NCBI GenBank assembly: GCA_030390025.1
Contig: CM059432.1
Span: forward strand, 23,624,001-23,688,000
Direction of reading: 5' to 3'
Length of the DNA: 64,000 bases
DNA from: Squalus acanthias
Taxonomy: Eukaryota
Shown in pieces: positions 22,860 through 36,189 of this stretch (position 1 is the stretch's first letter; each line of letters begins with the position of its first letter). Under the pieces are notes generated by a model. The model had not been told where the DNA came from and did not search any database. It saw only the letters and a list, made by a program, of their open reading frames with translations. The translations under genes and the position numbers were made by a program.

Positions 22860-25800
22860 GCTGTGCTGGTTGATTCAGAGTGGGTCAGGAAGGGACAGAG
22901 AGAGAAGGTAATAGGGCATCAGTGACTAAGGTGACATCAGGAAAAATAGAAAAAAGTCAAAGCACTATATCTGAATGTGTGAAGCATTCGCATAAAATAG
23001 ATGAATTAATAGCGCAGATAGAAATTAATAGGTTTGATCTAATAGCCATTACGGAGACGTGGTTGCAAAGTGACCAAGGTTGGGAACTAAATATTCCAGG
23101 ATACTTCTCTTTTAGAAGAGATAGGCATAATGGAAAAGGAGGAGGGGTAGCCCTGAGAAAGGATCTTAGCTCGGAAAATCAAGAAGTAGAATCAGTTTGG
23201 GTGGAGCTAAGAAACAGCAAGGGGCAGAAAACATTGGTGGGAGTTGTTTATAGGCCCCTAAACAGTAGTTGCAATATAGGGCAGAGTATAAATGAGGAAA
23301 TTAGAGGCGCATGTAACAAGGGTAATATAGTAATCATGGGGGACTTTATTCTACATATAGACTGGGCAAACCAAATTTGCAGTAATAGTGTGGAGACGAG
23401 TTCATGGAATGTATACAAGATAGTTTTCCAGATCAGTGTGTTGAGGAACCAACTAGGGAACAGGCTATTTTAGATCTAGTATTGTGCAATGAGAAAGGAT
23501 TAATTAATAACTTGTAGTAAAGGGGCCTTTAGGGAAGAGTGACCATACTATGATAGAATTTTATATTGAGTTTGAAAGTGATTTAGTTAAGTCCAAAACT
23601 AGGTTCTTAAATCTAAACAAAGCAAACTATGTAGGTCTGAGGGGCGAGTTGGCTAAGGTAGATTGGGCAACTACATTAAAAGGTATGATGGTAGAGAAGC
23701 AATGGCTAGCATTTAAAGAATTGATACATAATTTACAACAAATATGCATTCCTTTAAGGCACAAAAATCTCACAGGAAAAGTGGTCCAACCGTGGCTAAC
23801 AAGAGAAGTTAAAGATAGTATTGGATCAAAGGAAGAGGCTTATAATGTTGCCAAAAAGAGTAGTAAGCCTGAGGATTGGGAAGATTTTAGAATTCAGCAA
23901 AGGAGGACCAAGAAATTGATGAGGAAAGAGAAAAAGGAATATGAGAGTAAATTAGCAAGAGACATAAAAACAGATTGTAAACGTTTCTATAGGTATGTAA
24001 ATAGGAAGAGATTAGTGAAAGTAAACGTGGGCCCATTAGAGGCAGAGACAGGAGAAATTATAATGGGCAATAAGGAAATGGCAGAGACATTAAACAGATA
24101 CTTTGTATCTGTCTTCACGGTAGAAGACACTAAAAACATTCCGGAAATAATGGGGAACCAAGAGTCTAGAGAGAATGAGGAACTTAAAGAAATCAGTATA
24201 AGTAAAGACATGGGGGGGAAAATTCAGTTGGTTAGCGCCTCCCATTAGCGCCTGCAGAGGGCGGTAATGGGGTGCTGATGTAATAGTACCTTGGCCAGGC
24301 GAATCCAGTGACGCATGGAAAATCTGCAATCCTGTTGCTCCATGAGGTACCGCCGGGGTCTTCAACGCCAAGCAGATCGTGACATCAGTGAGTGTGTTGG
24401 GCGCCCGATCTGCAAAATTGATTTTCGCCACTTACCTTTGCGCCTCGACCAGACAGCGACAGGGAGAGCTGGCGTGCAGCTGCAGGAAGCCGGCTCCAGC
24501 GACGTTATTTAAAGGCATCAGCATTCATCACTCGCAGCTGTCAGGGCAGGTTAGTTTCAGTGGCTTCTTGTCAGTTTCAGCCAGTGGAGCAGTTTATATG
24601 AGTAATTTCAAGCTTTTTTATCAGCAGTCTACTGGCAAGTGCAAAGTAGCTACATTTATTGTTCAAAGATTCAAACTGCTACACTTGGCAACATTAATGG
24701 GGGCTGTACTGACGCCACCTCGCCCTCCATGATCTACGGCGGAGGGAGCGTAGGCGGCCAGAAATACGGGAATATGTGCGCAGAGGGATGAGGAGGGACA
24801 TCAGGGCTCTCACCAGTAGGCCTTACCCTCCGAGGGTATTCCGACAGCACCTCTCCTACCTTCAATTAAGCGAGGAGCAGTGTATTGGACGGCTCCGCAT
24901 CACCAAGGTGGTGGTCACAGAACTCTGCCACCTCCTCCAAACAGACCTCCAGCCTCACACCAGGATGAATTAAACCCTAGATCCCTTTTGCTCACCACAT
25001 GGCTATCATGTCATGGCCTGTGTCATGCCATATCACAGCATCCTCCTGAGCGCAAAGGTGAAATGAGAGAGAGCACAAAGTATTGCAAACTGCATTAATA
25101 TATTTATGCATAAACATATCACACATATCACATGAATTCTAATAACTGACAACCCTTGTGCCTGTCATAGTTGAATAGCTGTCATTGTGTGCAAGGCGTG
25201 AGGTGTGGGTGTGAGTGTTGGTAGGTAGAGATTGTTGGTGGGCGAGCGCAGGGGGTGTGGTGCTTTGGGCAGTGTGTGAAGCTTATGGTACAGATGGTGG
25301 TATGTAGCTTTTGTTGAAGTATTCAATCACCCTGACCACCCGACTGAGGTGGCTCTGCCATGGGCACACCTGCTTCAGTCCTCCGGCTCCTTCTCCTGTT
25401 GTGCTTCTCCTTGCTGAGGCAGCTGCATAGCCAGCAATGCTGAGAATGAGGTGCTGCAGTATCAATGAACCTCCTCTTTAAGTACTGGGAAAAGCCTGTG
25501 GCAATGATGAGTTGAAATTAGACTGCACCCGATATTGGTCCACCCTTTGAATGTAACACCACTGAGCTAGGCCTTTAAGATTTGATTTAGCGCCCAAATC
25601 ATTTTTTTGAGCAGCGAGAATGAATTTTGCATGCAGTCTAAAGCATTAGCGCCTGGCGCTAATTCTCAAACTTTTCTAAAGATAAAATGAATTTCTAGCC
25701 CATAGTACTGGAGAAATTAATGGGACTAAGTGGCGACAAATCCCCTGGACCTGACGACCTGCATCTTAGGGTTTTAAAAGAGGTAGCTGCAGAGATAGTG

Positions 25801-27297
25801 GATGCACTGGTATTAATCTTCCAGAATTCCCTAGATTCTAGAACAGTCCCCAAGGATTGGAAGGTAGCAAACATAACCCCGCTATTTAAGAAAGGAAGAA
25901 GAGGAAAAAATGGGGAACTATAGGCCAGTTAGCCTGACATCAGTAGTAGGCAAAATGCTGGAATCTATTATTAGGGACGTGATAACAGGGAACTTAGAAA
26001 ATCATAATATGATTAGGCAGAGTCAACATGGTTTTATGAAAGGGAACTAATAGGATGGATAAGGGGGAACCAGGATGTAGTGTATTTGGATTTTCAAAAA
26101 GCATTCGATAAGGTGCCACACAAGAGGTTATTATACAAAATTAGGATTCATGGGATTGCAGGTATTATATTAGCATGGATTGAGGATCGATTAATGGACA
26201 GAAAACAGAGAGTTGGAATAAACAGGACTTTTTCAGGTTGGCAGGCTGTAACTAGTGGGGTACAGCAAGGATCAGCTATTTACAATCTATATTAATGACT
26301 TAGATGAAGGGACTGAGTGTTATATTAATGACTTAGATGAAGGGACTGAGTGTAACGTATCCAAGTTTGCTGATGATACAAAGTTAGGTGGGAAAGTAAG
26401 CTGTGAGGAGGATGCAAAGAGGCCGCAGAGAGATATAGACAGGTTGACTGAGTGGGCAAGAACATGGCAAATAGAATACAATGTGGGAAAGTGTGAAGTT
26501 ATCCACTTTGGTAGGAAAAACAAAAAAACAGAATATTTTTTGAATGGTGAGAGACTGGGAAATGTTTGCATTCAGAGGGACCTGGGTGTCCTTGTAAATG
26601 AATCACAGAAAGTTAACATACAGGTACAGCAAGCAATTAGGAAAGCAAATGGTATGTTAGCTTTTATTACAAAGGGATTAGAGTGTAAGAGTAAATAAGT
26701 ATTACTGCAATTATACAGGGCATTGGTGAGGCCACACCTGGAGTACTGTGTACAGTTCTGGTCTCCTTACCTAAGGAAAGACGTACTTGCCTTGGAGAGA
26801 GTGCAACAAAGGTTCACTAGACTGGTTCCTGGGATGAGGGATTGCCCTATAAACAGAGATTGAGTAGACTAGGCCTATATTCCCTAGAGTTTAGAAGAAT
26901 GAGAGGTGATCTAATTGAAACATATAAAATTCTAAAGGGGCTTGACAGGGTTAATGCTGAGATAATGTTTCTCCTGGCTGGGGAATCTAGAACACGGGGT
27001 CACAGTCTCAGAATAAGAGGCCGGCCATTTAGGACTGGGATGAGGAGAAATTTCTTCACTCAACAGGTTGTGAATCTTTGGCATTCTCTACCTCAGAGAG
27101 CTGTGGATGCTCAGTCATTGAGTATATTTAAGACAGAGGTCGATAAATTTTTGGGAACAAAGGAAATTAAGGGATATGGGGATAGTGCGGGAAGGTGGAG
27201 TTGAGGTATAAGATCAGCCATGATCTTATTGAATGACGGAGCAGGCTCGAAGGGCGAAATGGCCTACTCCTGCTCCTATTTCTTATGTTCTTATGAT
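22860..27297 (+). mobile_element. CR1 LINE with near-complete ORF2 (APE endonuclease plus RT), split by an insertion at 24212-25700
   Basis: DLIAITETWL, GVVYRP and MGDF (APE domain); DFQKAFDKVPH and KFADDTKL (RT); TTCTTATG tail. The reading SKD|IVLEKLMG resumes after the insert. Confidence 0.97.
24212..25700 (+). mobile_element. Harbinger deletion derivative inserted in CR1
   Basis: Ends GGGGGGAAAATTC / GAATTTCTAGCC(C); duplication CAT (24209-24211 / 25701-25703). Carries a HARBI1-like N-terminus RPYPPRVFRQHLSYLQLSEEQCIGRLRITKVVVTELCHLLQ (24776-24973). Confidence 0.88.
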
Positions 27298-27299
27298 TC

Positions 27300-27540
27300 A
27301 GGGATTAATGGCCAGGACACTGCTAGAACTTCCTGCTCTTAGAGTAATTGCATGGGATCTTTTAAGCCCACCAGAACAAATAGACACGGCTTCTGTTAAC
27401 CTTTCATCTGGAATCCTCTGACAATGTAGCACTCCTTCAGAACTGCATTGAAGTGCCAGTTTAGATTGAGTGTTGAAGGCCTGGAGTGGAACTTGAACCC
27501 ACAACCTGCTGAATCAGAGACGGGATTGCTAACGACTAGT
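27300..27540 (-). mobile_element. Deu-SINE 5' half, inverted
   Basis: GGAACTTGAACCCACAACC is an inverted B box; TGGCCAGGACACT..CATGGGATCTTTTA is the reverse complement of 11130-11190. Confidence 0.75.
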
Positions 27541-27769
27541 ATGGTGTGAGGAGTCAGACTTTGCCTTAACGAGGCGATTCATATTGAGAGTTGTGCTTCT
27601 CTGTGCACATCAGTTGGCTTTTGTACCACTGGGCACACGCCCAGATTGAAGGAAAATAGCATATTAATGCTGGTCACGGCTTATGTGGTATCCCAGATCA
27701 CTGAGCAGAATGGTTGGATTCTGGGGCAGAGACAGAAGGTATGTAGGAATAGGCCAGATTATCCCTTAG

Positions 27770-28170
27770 AATCAGAATTAAAGCACAGGAGGCCATTCGG
27801 ATCTCTGAAAGAGGTATTAGCTTAATCCTTATTCCCCTGTCCTATCCCCATAGCTTTTAATTTGCTTTTTTTTCCAAATATTTATCCACTTCCATTTTAT
27901 AAGCTATAATGGATTCTGCTTCCACCATTGCTTCTGTTAGGACATTACGTGTGCTAACAACCCTCTGTGTTTCAAAAGAAGTTGTCCTAACCGCTTTCTT
28001 CATTCTTCTGGTGGTGATCTTAAATTTATGATGACACAGTTTCTGACTGATTGAGGAGTGGAAATAATTATTCCCTATTTATCTTGTCAAACCCCTCAAA
28101 CTTTTGAACACATCTGTCTGATCTCCTGCTAACCTTCTCTGTTTCAATGAAAGTGCCCCCACGTTTTCCA
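27770..28170 (-). mobile_element. decayed CR1 3' end
   Basis: Inverted tail (AGCACAGGAGGCCATTC) and eroded ORF2 C-terminal sequence. Confidence 0.6.
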
Positions 28171-28229
28171 GTGCTGCTGAGGACAGACAGGAGTTAGGAG
28201 GGAATCCACCTCAGGAAAGATGTATTGGC

Positions 28230-30310
28230 CTGGGGGCGGGGGGGGGGGGGCGAGGCGAGCAGGAGGAGGGGATGGGGGGACGGAATGGGGGAGGGGGTGG
28301 GGGGGGGGGAGGTTGGGGATGGGAGGAGGTGGGGGGGAGGTTGGGGATGGGAGGAGGTGGGGGGGAGGTTGGGGATGGGAGGAGGTGGGGGGGAGGTTGG
28401 GGATGGGAGGAGGTGGGGGGGAGGTTGGGGATGGGAGGAGGTGGGGGGGAGGTTGGGGATGGGAGGAGGTGGGGGGGAGGTTGGGGATGGGAGGAGGTGG
28501 GGGGGAGGTTGGGGATGGGAGGAGGGGGGGGGAGGTTGGGGATGGGAGGAGGGGGGGGGAGGTTGGGGATGGGAGGAGGTGGGGGGAGGGTGGGGGGGAG
28601 GTTGAGGAGGGGGGAGGTTGAGGAGGGGGGAGGTTGAGGATGGGGGAGGGTGGGGGGGAGGTTGAGGATGGGAGGAGTTGGGGGGGAGGTTGAGGATGGG
28701 GGGAGGTGGGGGGGGAGGTTGAGGATGGGGGGAGGTGGGGGGGGAGGTTGAGGATGGGGGAGGGTGGGGGGGAGGTTGAGGATGGGGGAGGGTGGGGGGG
28801 AGGTTGAGGATGGGGGAGGGTGGGGGGGAGGTTGAGGATGGGGGAGGGGGTGGGGAGAGGTTGAGGATGGGGGAGGGGGTGGGGGGAGGTTGAGGATGGG
28901 GAGGGGGTGGGGGGAGGTTGAGGATGGGGGAGGGGGTGGGGGGGAGGTTGAGGATGGGGGAGGGGGTGGGGGGGAGGTTGAGGATGGGGGAGGGAGGTTG
29001 AGGATGGGGTTGAGGATGGGGGAGGGAGGTTGAGGATGGGGTTGAGGATGGGGGAGGGAGGTTGAGGATGGGGGAGGGGATGGGGGAGGGAGGTTGAGGA
29101 TGGGGGAGGGGGTGGGGGGGAGGTTGAGGATGGGGGAGGGGGTGGGGGGGAGGTTGAGGATGGGGGAGGGGGTGGGGGGGAGGTTGAGGATGGGGGAGGG
29201 GGGGGGAGGTTGAGGATGGGGGAGGGGGGGGGGAGGTGAGGATGGGGGAGGGGGGGAGGTTGAGGATGGGGGAGGGGGGGGAGGTTGAGGATGGGGAGGG
29301 GGGGGGAGGTTGGGATGGGGAGGGGGGGAGGTTGAGGATGGGGGAGGGGGGGGAGGTTGAGGATGGGGGAGGGGGGGGGTTGAGGATGGGGGAGGGGGGG
29401 AGGTTGAGGATGGGGAGGGGGGGGAGGTTGAGGATGGGGAGGGGGGGGGAGGTTGAGGATGGGGAGGGGGGGAGGTTGAGGATGGGGGAGGGGGGGAGGT
29501 TGAGGATGGGGGAGGGGGGGAGGTTGAGGATGGGGGAGGGGGTGGGGGGAGGTTGAGGATGGGGAGGGGGTGGGGGGGAGGTTGAGGATGGGGAGGGGGG
29601 GAGGTTGAGGATGGGGGAGGGGGGAGGTTGAGGATGGGGGAGGGGGGGAGGTTGAGGATGGGGGAGGGGGTGGGGGGGAGGTTGAGGATGGGGGAGGGGG
29701 TGGGGGGAGGTTGAGGATGGGGGAGGGGGTGGGGGGGAGGTTGAGGATTGGGGGGAGGTTGAGGATGGGGGAGGTGGGGGGGAGGTTGGGAATTGGGGGA
29801 GGTTGAGGATGGGGGAGGTGGGGGGGAGGTTGGGGATTGGGGGGAGGTTGAGGATGGGGAGGTGGGGGGGAGGTTGAGGGTGGGGGGAGGTTGGGGATGG
29901 GGAGGGGTTGGGGATGGGGGCGGGGATGGGGGAGGGGTTGGGGATGGGGGAGGTGGGGGGGATGGGGGAGGGGTTGGGGATGGGGAGGTGGGGGGATGGG
30001 GGAGGGGTTGGGGATGGGGGAGGTGGGGGGAGGTTGGGGATGGGGAGGTGGGGGGTAGGTTGAGGATGGGGGGAGGGGGTGGGGGGGAGGTTGAGGATGG
30101 GGGAGGTGGGGAGATGGGGCGGGGGGGAGGTTGAGGATGGGGGAGGTGGGGGGGAGGTTGAGGATGGGGGGAGGTGGTGGGAGGGGGTGGGGGGTAAGTT
30201 GAAGGTGACTGGAGGGGGGGAGGTTGAGGATGGGGGGAGGTTAAGGATGGGGGGAGGTGGGGGGATGGGGTGGGGGGGAGGTTGGGGATGCGAGGTAGGA
30301 GGAGGCTGGG
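28230..30310 (+). repeat. G-rich minisatellite, ~2.1 kb
   Basis: 28-bp unit GGGGGGGAGGTTGGGGATGGGAGGAGGT changing to GnAGGTTGAGGATGGGGGAGGGT variants; almost no C on the plus strand. Confidence 0.97.
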
Positions 30311-30324
30311 GAGGTAGTATCAGC

Positions 30325-30800
30325 GCAGATTCACCAGAATGATACCAGGGCTAAAGGGTTAAATTATGAGGACAAGTTGCAGAAACTTGGCTTATTTTCT
30401 CTTGAGTGGAGAAGATTAAGGAGTGATCTAATTTAGATGTTTAAAATGATAAAATAATTCAATAGGGTAGATCAAGAGTTTATCTATTTCCTCAGGTGGG
30501 GGAATCCAGAACAAGAGGGTATCATAAAATTAGAGCCAGACCATTCAGGAGAGAAATCAGGAAGCAGTTCTTCACGCACATGTTAGTAGAAATCTGGAAC
30601 TCTCTCCTCCAAAAGACTGTGGATGCTCGGACAATTGGAGCTTTCAAGTCTGAGATCAATAGATTTTTGTTCGGTATGGGTATCAAGGGACATGAGTCAA
30701 AAGCGGGCAAATGGGGTTGAGTTACAGATCAGACATGATCTAATTGAATGGCGGAACAGGCTCTAGGGGCTGATTGGGTCTACTCCTGTTCCGATATTCC
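30325..30800 (+). mobile_element. CR1 3' end
   Basis: GESRTRGYHKIRARPFRREIRKQFFT..IWNSL plus 3'UTR. Confidence 0.88.
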
Positions 30801-32092
30801 AGAAAAGATAATTTGAACTACACACAGCTATTGTATTGGTAAAATAAATTGATCTGTTTCATTGTGGTTAAATTTCACTAATTTAATTAATATAAGCTGG
30901 TTATTAATAACATGACATTACTTGAGTGAAGAAAAGTTTTGCTGAAAAAAAAAGATTCTGTTGCTGAAGAATAGCCAAAACCTGCCACGTCACAGCTGCT
31001 GTCTCTTGCAATGATTTTAAGATCACTGTGACAGTTCCTGTCAAAAGGCTTCACCAAATAATACCCTTGCTTTTTGATTCAAATCCATTTTCTTTTGAAG
31101 GATAATATGAGCAATCCCAGTTTCAAGGATACATCAAATATCTGTATCCATTTCAATGGGACAGCTGCACTAGGGGGACGTAGGTTATGGAATATTCCCG
31201 TACTGCATTGTCACTCCACTAAGTTCTGATGAAGGATCTTTCTGTTAGCCTATCTTTTGTCTTTTCAAATACTGATTGATCTGTTGTACCGTTCTGTTAC
31301 TTTTTTTATGTAACTCTGCAGCACTGAGAGCATTTATGGTATACTCTTTGGAAGCTCTCTTTATTCCTCCAGCTACACATCTTTCTGCCTGTCGAACATT
31401 AATTTATCTTCTGTTTTATCAAGTACTGAGCCAAAGAATATATAAAAAGCCAGAGGGCAGTCCATAACTGCAGTGATCCTAGGCTCCTGGGATACGCATT
31501 CTGCAGTGGAATCTCTCCTCACTCTGCTTGTATTTTAGTTATCAGTGGACTGAAGTAGGGACAAGTCTTTACTCCAATATCAGTCTTACTGTAGTTATAG
31601 GTACAGCGAATTATGTGTACTTATCCTGATATCAGCACTTTAGTGTCAGTGCAAATGCAAGAATGATATGCACTGCGAATCACCATATACTATTTATATT
31701 TTAAAAAGTGTATTGGATGCACTTGCAGTTTAAAACTATGGAGAATGCAGCATTGATTAAAGAAAAATGTCAGTAGCAGCAACAATTAGCGATGTTTAGG
31801 CAGGCTGATCAACTGTCCCACATTCGCAGGAGTCTTGATTTTCTGCCTCAGGATTTTCACCTGCTGCATGGGGGTACTATAGTCCGATTGTGCCATTCAT
31901 TCCCAGTATTTGAGTCTAACTCAGGCAGATTGGCTGGCAGTCATCATGTACAAAAAAGATGAGTAAAGCATGATCATTGACATTCCTTCTGATCAATCAT
32001 TGGGTTACCAGCGACTGACTTGAGTTTTTAACCTTTGATTTCCATTCCCTTCTCTCGTGCTTTATTTTAAGAAATTTTTAACCTAAGCTAAT

Positions 32093-32852
32093 GGGGCAGA
32101 AATTAGGCTTGCCACGGGTGAGTACGCGCTATGTACTCACCTGTGGACGGAACGAAAGTGCCGGTTTCTTGCATGCACTGCGCATGCGTGGGAAACCGGC
32201 ACTTCCGTTCCCCTGAAGGAAGGGGTTCAGAGGTCGAGCGTGCACGCCGGAGGGCCAGCGCGTTCGCCTCGCACTTCGGTTTTTTTTTAACAGGTTCCCC
32301 GTGAGGGTAAGCACGGAGAAGATACACTTTTAAAAAGGAGGCACAAGGCCTTCTTTTAACAAGGTAAGTGTTGATTTTATTAAAATTTAAACTTTTTTTC
32401 ACAGATTTATCTTTTTTAATTACTTTAAAGAAAAGTAAGTTTAGTTTTAGCCCCGTTAAAAAGTGTAATTAATTTTTTCAAAAATTTAAATTTTTGTTTA
32501 AAATAGTTAATTAATATAATTTATAGTTATTTTAAAAATGTGATGTTTAAAAAAAAAATTATTTGTAGTTTTAGGGATGTTTTGGGGCCGATCTGTATTC
32601 ATAGATTTGACACCTGTCAAATCTATGAATGAAAGATGGTCTGCTGCCATTGGCTCTCCATGGGCCATGTGATCCCAGGGGACGCATCGCACTAACTACG
32701 CCCCTGGGATACGCAAGCCCTGCGCGCCGGCAGTTGGAGGAGGCCCAGGAGCCAAATTCACCGCGGGCCCAGAGGTCAACGGCAGGCGCGGTAGGTAGGT
32801 GCACGCGCGATTCTTGCACCCACGGGAAGCCAGGGAGCCGAATTTCTTGCCC
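32093..32852. mobile_element. Harbinger-type MITE (760 bp)
   Basis: TIR GGGGCAGAAATT / AATTTCTTGCCC; duplication AAT (32090-32092 / 32853-32855); CpG-rich arms with an AT-rich core. Confidence 0.82.
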
Positions 32853-33105
32853 AATATGTTTTTGGTAGAGTAGTTGTTGTGTTACTAAACTAGTAATCCA
32901 GAAGACTGGACTAATAATCCAGAGAAAGTGAATTCAATTCACCAGGGCAGTTGAAGAATTTAGTTCAAAAAAAATCTTTGCCTAAAAAGCTGGTATCAGT
33001 AAAAGTGACCATGAAGCTGTTGGATTGTCATTAAAAACTCAACTGGTTCACTAATATCCTTCAGGGAAGGAAATCTGCTGTCCTTACCCAGTCATAGAGT
33101 CATAG

Positions 33106-33571
33106 CCGCGATGTCCGACTGGGTCAGGGGGGCCTACCTGTGGCCGGGGCGGCGCTAATTAAAGGCGAGGTGCTGGGCGGCCATTTTTGTTGCTGGCTGC
33201 CCCCTCTGCCGTCCCTGGCCTCCTGACGAGCCCCCCTGCAGAGTGCAGGCTGCGCTCCATGAGCCCGGCACTTCTCTTGAGTGCCGGGCTCTTTTGCCGG
33301 CACTCCGATCCCTGGTGGCCCAGCTGGGCCCCGGGTCGCGCTGCGCAAGGCCCCTCCCTTTTAAGAAGGGGAGGAAGGCCTGCAGTACCGCGGCGCGATG
33401 TGCCACGGAGCGTGGCGCTGCGGCATGTAGCGCCGCGATATTCCCTCACAGCGCCCCAAGAGGGAGGCGTAGCTCTTCCAGTAGCGCCCCGCTTCCTTCT
33501 TGGGGAGCTACCGATGAATTTTGGCTGCGGGGGCGCTAATTCTTTCGGGGCGCTACTCAATTTTTCCCCCC
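33106..33571. mobile_element. one-ended Harbinger-type MITE within the CR1 tail microsatellite
   Basis: Right end AATTTTTCCCCCC; internal CTTGAGTGCCGGGCT shared with 44146-44787; flanked by (CATAGAGT) repeats. Confidence 0.7.
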
Positions 33572-34187
33572 TAGAGTCATAACGGCACAGAAGGAGGCCA
33601 TTCGGCCCATCAAGTCTGTGCCGGCTCTCTGTAGAGCAATCCAGTCAGTCCCATTCCCCCGCTCTATCCCTGTAGCCCTGCAAGTTTATTTCCCTCAAGT
33701 GTCTATCCAGTGTCCCCTTGAAAACATTGAGTGTCTCCGCTTCCTCCACTTCCGTCAGCAGCGAATTCCAGGTCATCACCACTTGCTGCATAAAAAGTTT
33801 TTCCTCACATCCCCCCTGTATCTCTTGCCCAAAACCTTAAATCTGTGTCCCCTAGTCTTTGTGCCATCAACTAGTGGGAACGGCCTTTCCCTGTCTAGCC
33901 TATCCAAACCCGTCATAATCTTGTACACCTCTATCGAATCACCCCTCAACCTCCTTTGCTCCAATGAAAACAAATCCAGCTTCTCCAACCTGTCCTTGTA
34001 GCTAAGATCCCCCACCCCCGGAACCATTCTGGTAAATCTCCTCTGCACCCTCTCACATGCCTTCACATCCTTCCTAAAGTGTGGTGACCAGAACTAGACG
34101 CAATACTCCATTTGTGGCCTAACCAGCGCTTTATAAAGGTTCAGCATAACTTCTCTACTTTTGTACTCAATATCTCTATTTATGAAG
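33572..34187 (-). mobile_element. CR1 3' end
   Basis: ERVQRRFTRMVPG..LEQRRLRGD..TRGHRFKV on the minus strand. Confidence 0.93.
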
Positions 34188-35306
34188 CCCAGTCTGGCCT
34201 ATATGTGACTCCAGTCCCACACCAACACGGTTGACACTTAACTGCCCTCTGAAGGGGTCCAGAAAGCCACTCAGTTGTATCAAAGTACTACAAAGAATAC
34301 AGACTGTAGCGGTTTAAGAAGAAGGCACACCACCACCTTCTCAGAGAAACTAGGGATGGGCAATAAATGCTGGCCTTGCCAGTGATGCACACATCCCAAG
34401 AGTGAATTTAAAAAAATCTGTACATATAATTTAAATGATTCTTTATGGATGTTGTAGATTTAGATTATTCTAAAATTAGGGTTATCTCACTATCCAAAAT
34501 GCCATCAATGTTCTCTGTTAAAGCCGACAGATCACGCCTTATAAAATTAAGAGTGGCGATTTACTGCAGTGCTCGGATAGTGCTGCCTCCATCTCTTACT
34601 TTCTCGCTCTCCAATGAGGAAAAAAAAACAATAGAAAACACCTGCAAATACCATGTGGAGAAAGAACTAAATCAAGAAAAAGGGAGACAAAGAAGGAGAG
34701 CATAAAGAATAAAGATTAGCAAGAGAGTCGGGAATGAGCGAATAATGGAATAATACTATTTGCCCGTCCCCTGTAGCCTCTTTGACAGATGCAGCTTGTG
34801 TCATTTAGCTGCGTTTATATGTTGGAGTTAGAGGATGCCTCTGGGTGTCTGGCTTGCAACTGAAAATTTCACTTCAAGTATTTGTCTAAAGTTGACAGCT
34901 GTGTGTTCAGGCAATCTCTTTTTGTCTTTCTCTGATTTTTGTTAATATTACTATGATTATTGCTTTTTTTTGTGCTCATCAAAATGAAGCATCTTAGTGC
35001 TGGAGAATGGAGTGCTACGCATTTCAGGACCCAGCATCAGAAAGTACTGCTAGGTGAGGAGTCAGGTATAGCAAAGCCAGATGTCGAGTAAAGCTCCCTC
35101 TAATCTGCCCAACAACATGTCCTAATCTCAGAACAGTAGCTTCTACTGAACCAGGCACCAAGGACATTTTTCCATTCCACACCTGACATCCATCTTGTCA
35201 GCTCTCTGAGTGAGATTACTAATTACTGCCAAATTCAGCTAGGAAACTCATTTTACATCAAAGGAGGAGACTTTCACACAATCAGTCTGGACTGGATTTG
35301 AACCTA

Positions 35307-35823
35307 GGGCTGGAATTTTCCCCTTTAAAAAAAAAAGGGTGGGTTTGGAGCATGGAGACAGTTAAATTGTTAAAAATAGGATTCCCGATCTGATCCCGCC
35401 TCCAACCTGCCCAATTCTGGTTTTGCCGGAGGCAGAATGGGGGGCGGACGACCAACCCGCTCCCAGGGGGGCGTTACCTCAATTTAAATATTGTAGTGAG
35501 GCTGGAAGCCTCTTTTTCCTCTTCCATTTTGTGTTTAACTGCCTGTGGACGGGTTTCACACAATTCGGACTGCTGCATGTAGGAGGTAGGTGGCTTTATA
35601 CCTACCTCCTGGATCCAGGGTCCCGACCATACATCCCTCCCGCGATCGGAGATCCCCCTCACGAGGCCTCCGATCACCTTCCCAAGCCCCCACCCCCCAA
35701 CAATGATGATGAGGCCGGCCACGATACACACCCCCCCCCCTCCCCCTGATCCTTGACATCCTGCTGATCCTTTCTCCCCTCCCGATCCCCGGCCGACCCT
35801 TTCTCCCCCCCCCCCCCCCCCCG

Positions 35824-35855
<32 letters not shown>

Positions 35856-35859
35856 CTCC

Positions 35860-35899
<40 letters not shown>

Positions 35900-36189
35900 C
35901 CCCCCCCCCCCCCCCCCCCCCCCCCCACGCCCATCCCCGACCTCGGCTGTTTCTCCCCGCGCCCCCCCCCGGACCGGCCCCACGCTTCTCAGCCTACCCG
36001 CCCACAGCCAGCCACAACCTCTCAATCTGGCGGGCTACGGGCGGGAATCCGAGGCCTCGCATTCAAACCAGGCCCTGCCATTAATGTCGGCAGGGCCTGC
36101 GGGAAACCCGGCCTCCCAGGTTTCCCGCCCGCCTCGGAACACTGCCCCCCGCCCGCCCCCAACCCACCTCCATTGAGAAAATTCCGGAC
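35307..36189. mobile_element. MITE-like element containing a long poly-C tract
   Basis: Ends GGGCTGGAATTTTC / GAAAATTCCGGAC; subterminal sequence resembles 21690-21880. Confidence 0.6.
35804..35926 (+). repeat. interrupted poly-C tract (~120 bp)
   Basis: Runs of C broken by only a few G, T or A bases. Confidence 0.95.

Larger units (their letters stand above)
32865..34415 (+). mobile_element. SINE family A, split by CR1 and MITE insertions (33094-34187)
   Basis: The 5' half ends CCTTACCCAGTC and the 3' half resumes CCCAGTCTGGCCTATATGTGACTCCAG. It ends in the GGCAATAAATGCTGGCCTTGCCAG tail. Confidence 0.8.

Noticed and set aside
28220..30342. Gly-rich ORFs
   Set aside because: They are translations of the G-rich minisatellite; the 28-aa periodicity equals three 28-bp units.
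31221..31310. AGTTCTGATGAAGGATC, a possible Penelope hammerhead relic
   Set aside because: The GAAA half is missing and downstream similarity is too eroded to call.
35474..36025. Poly-Gly ORFs on the minus strand
   Set aside because: They derive from the poly-C tract inside a MITE-like element.
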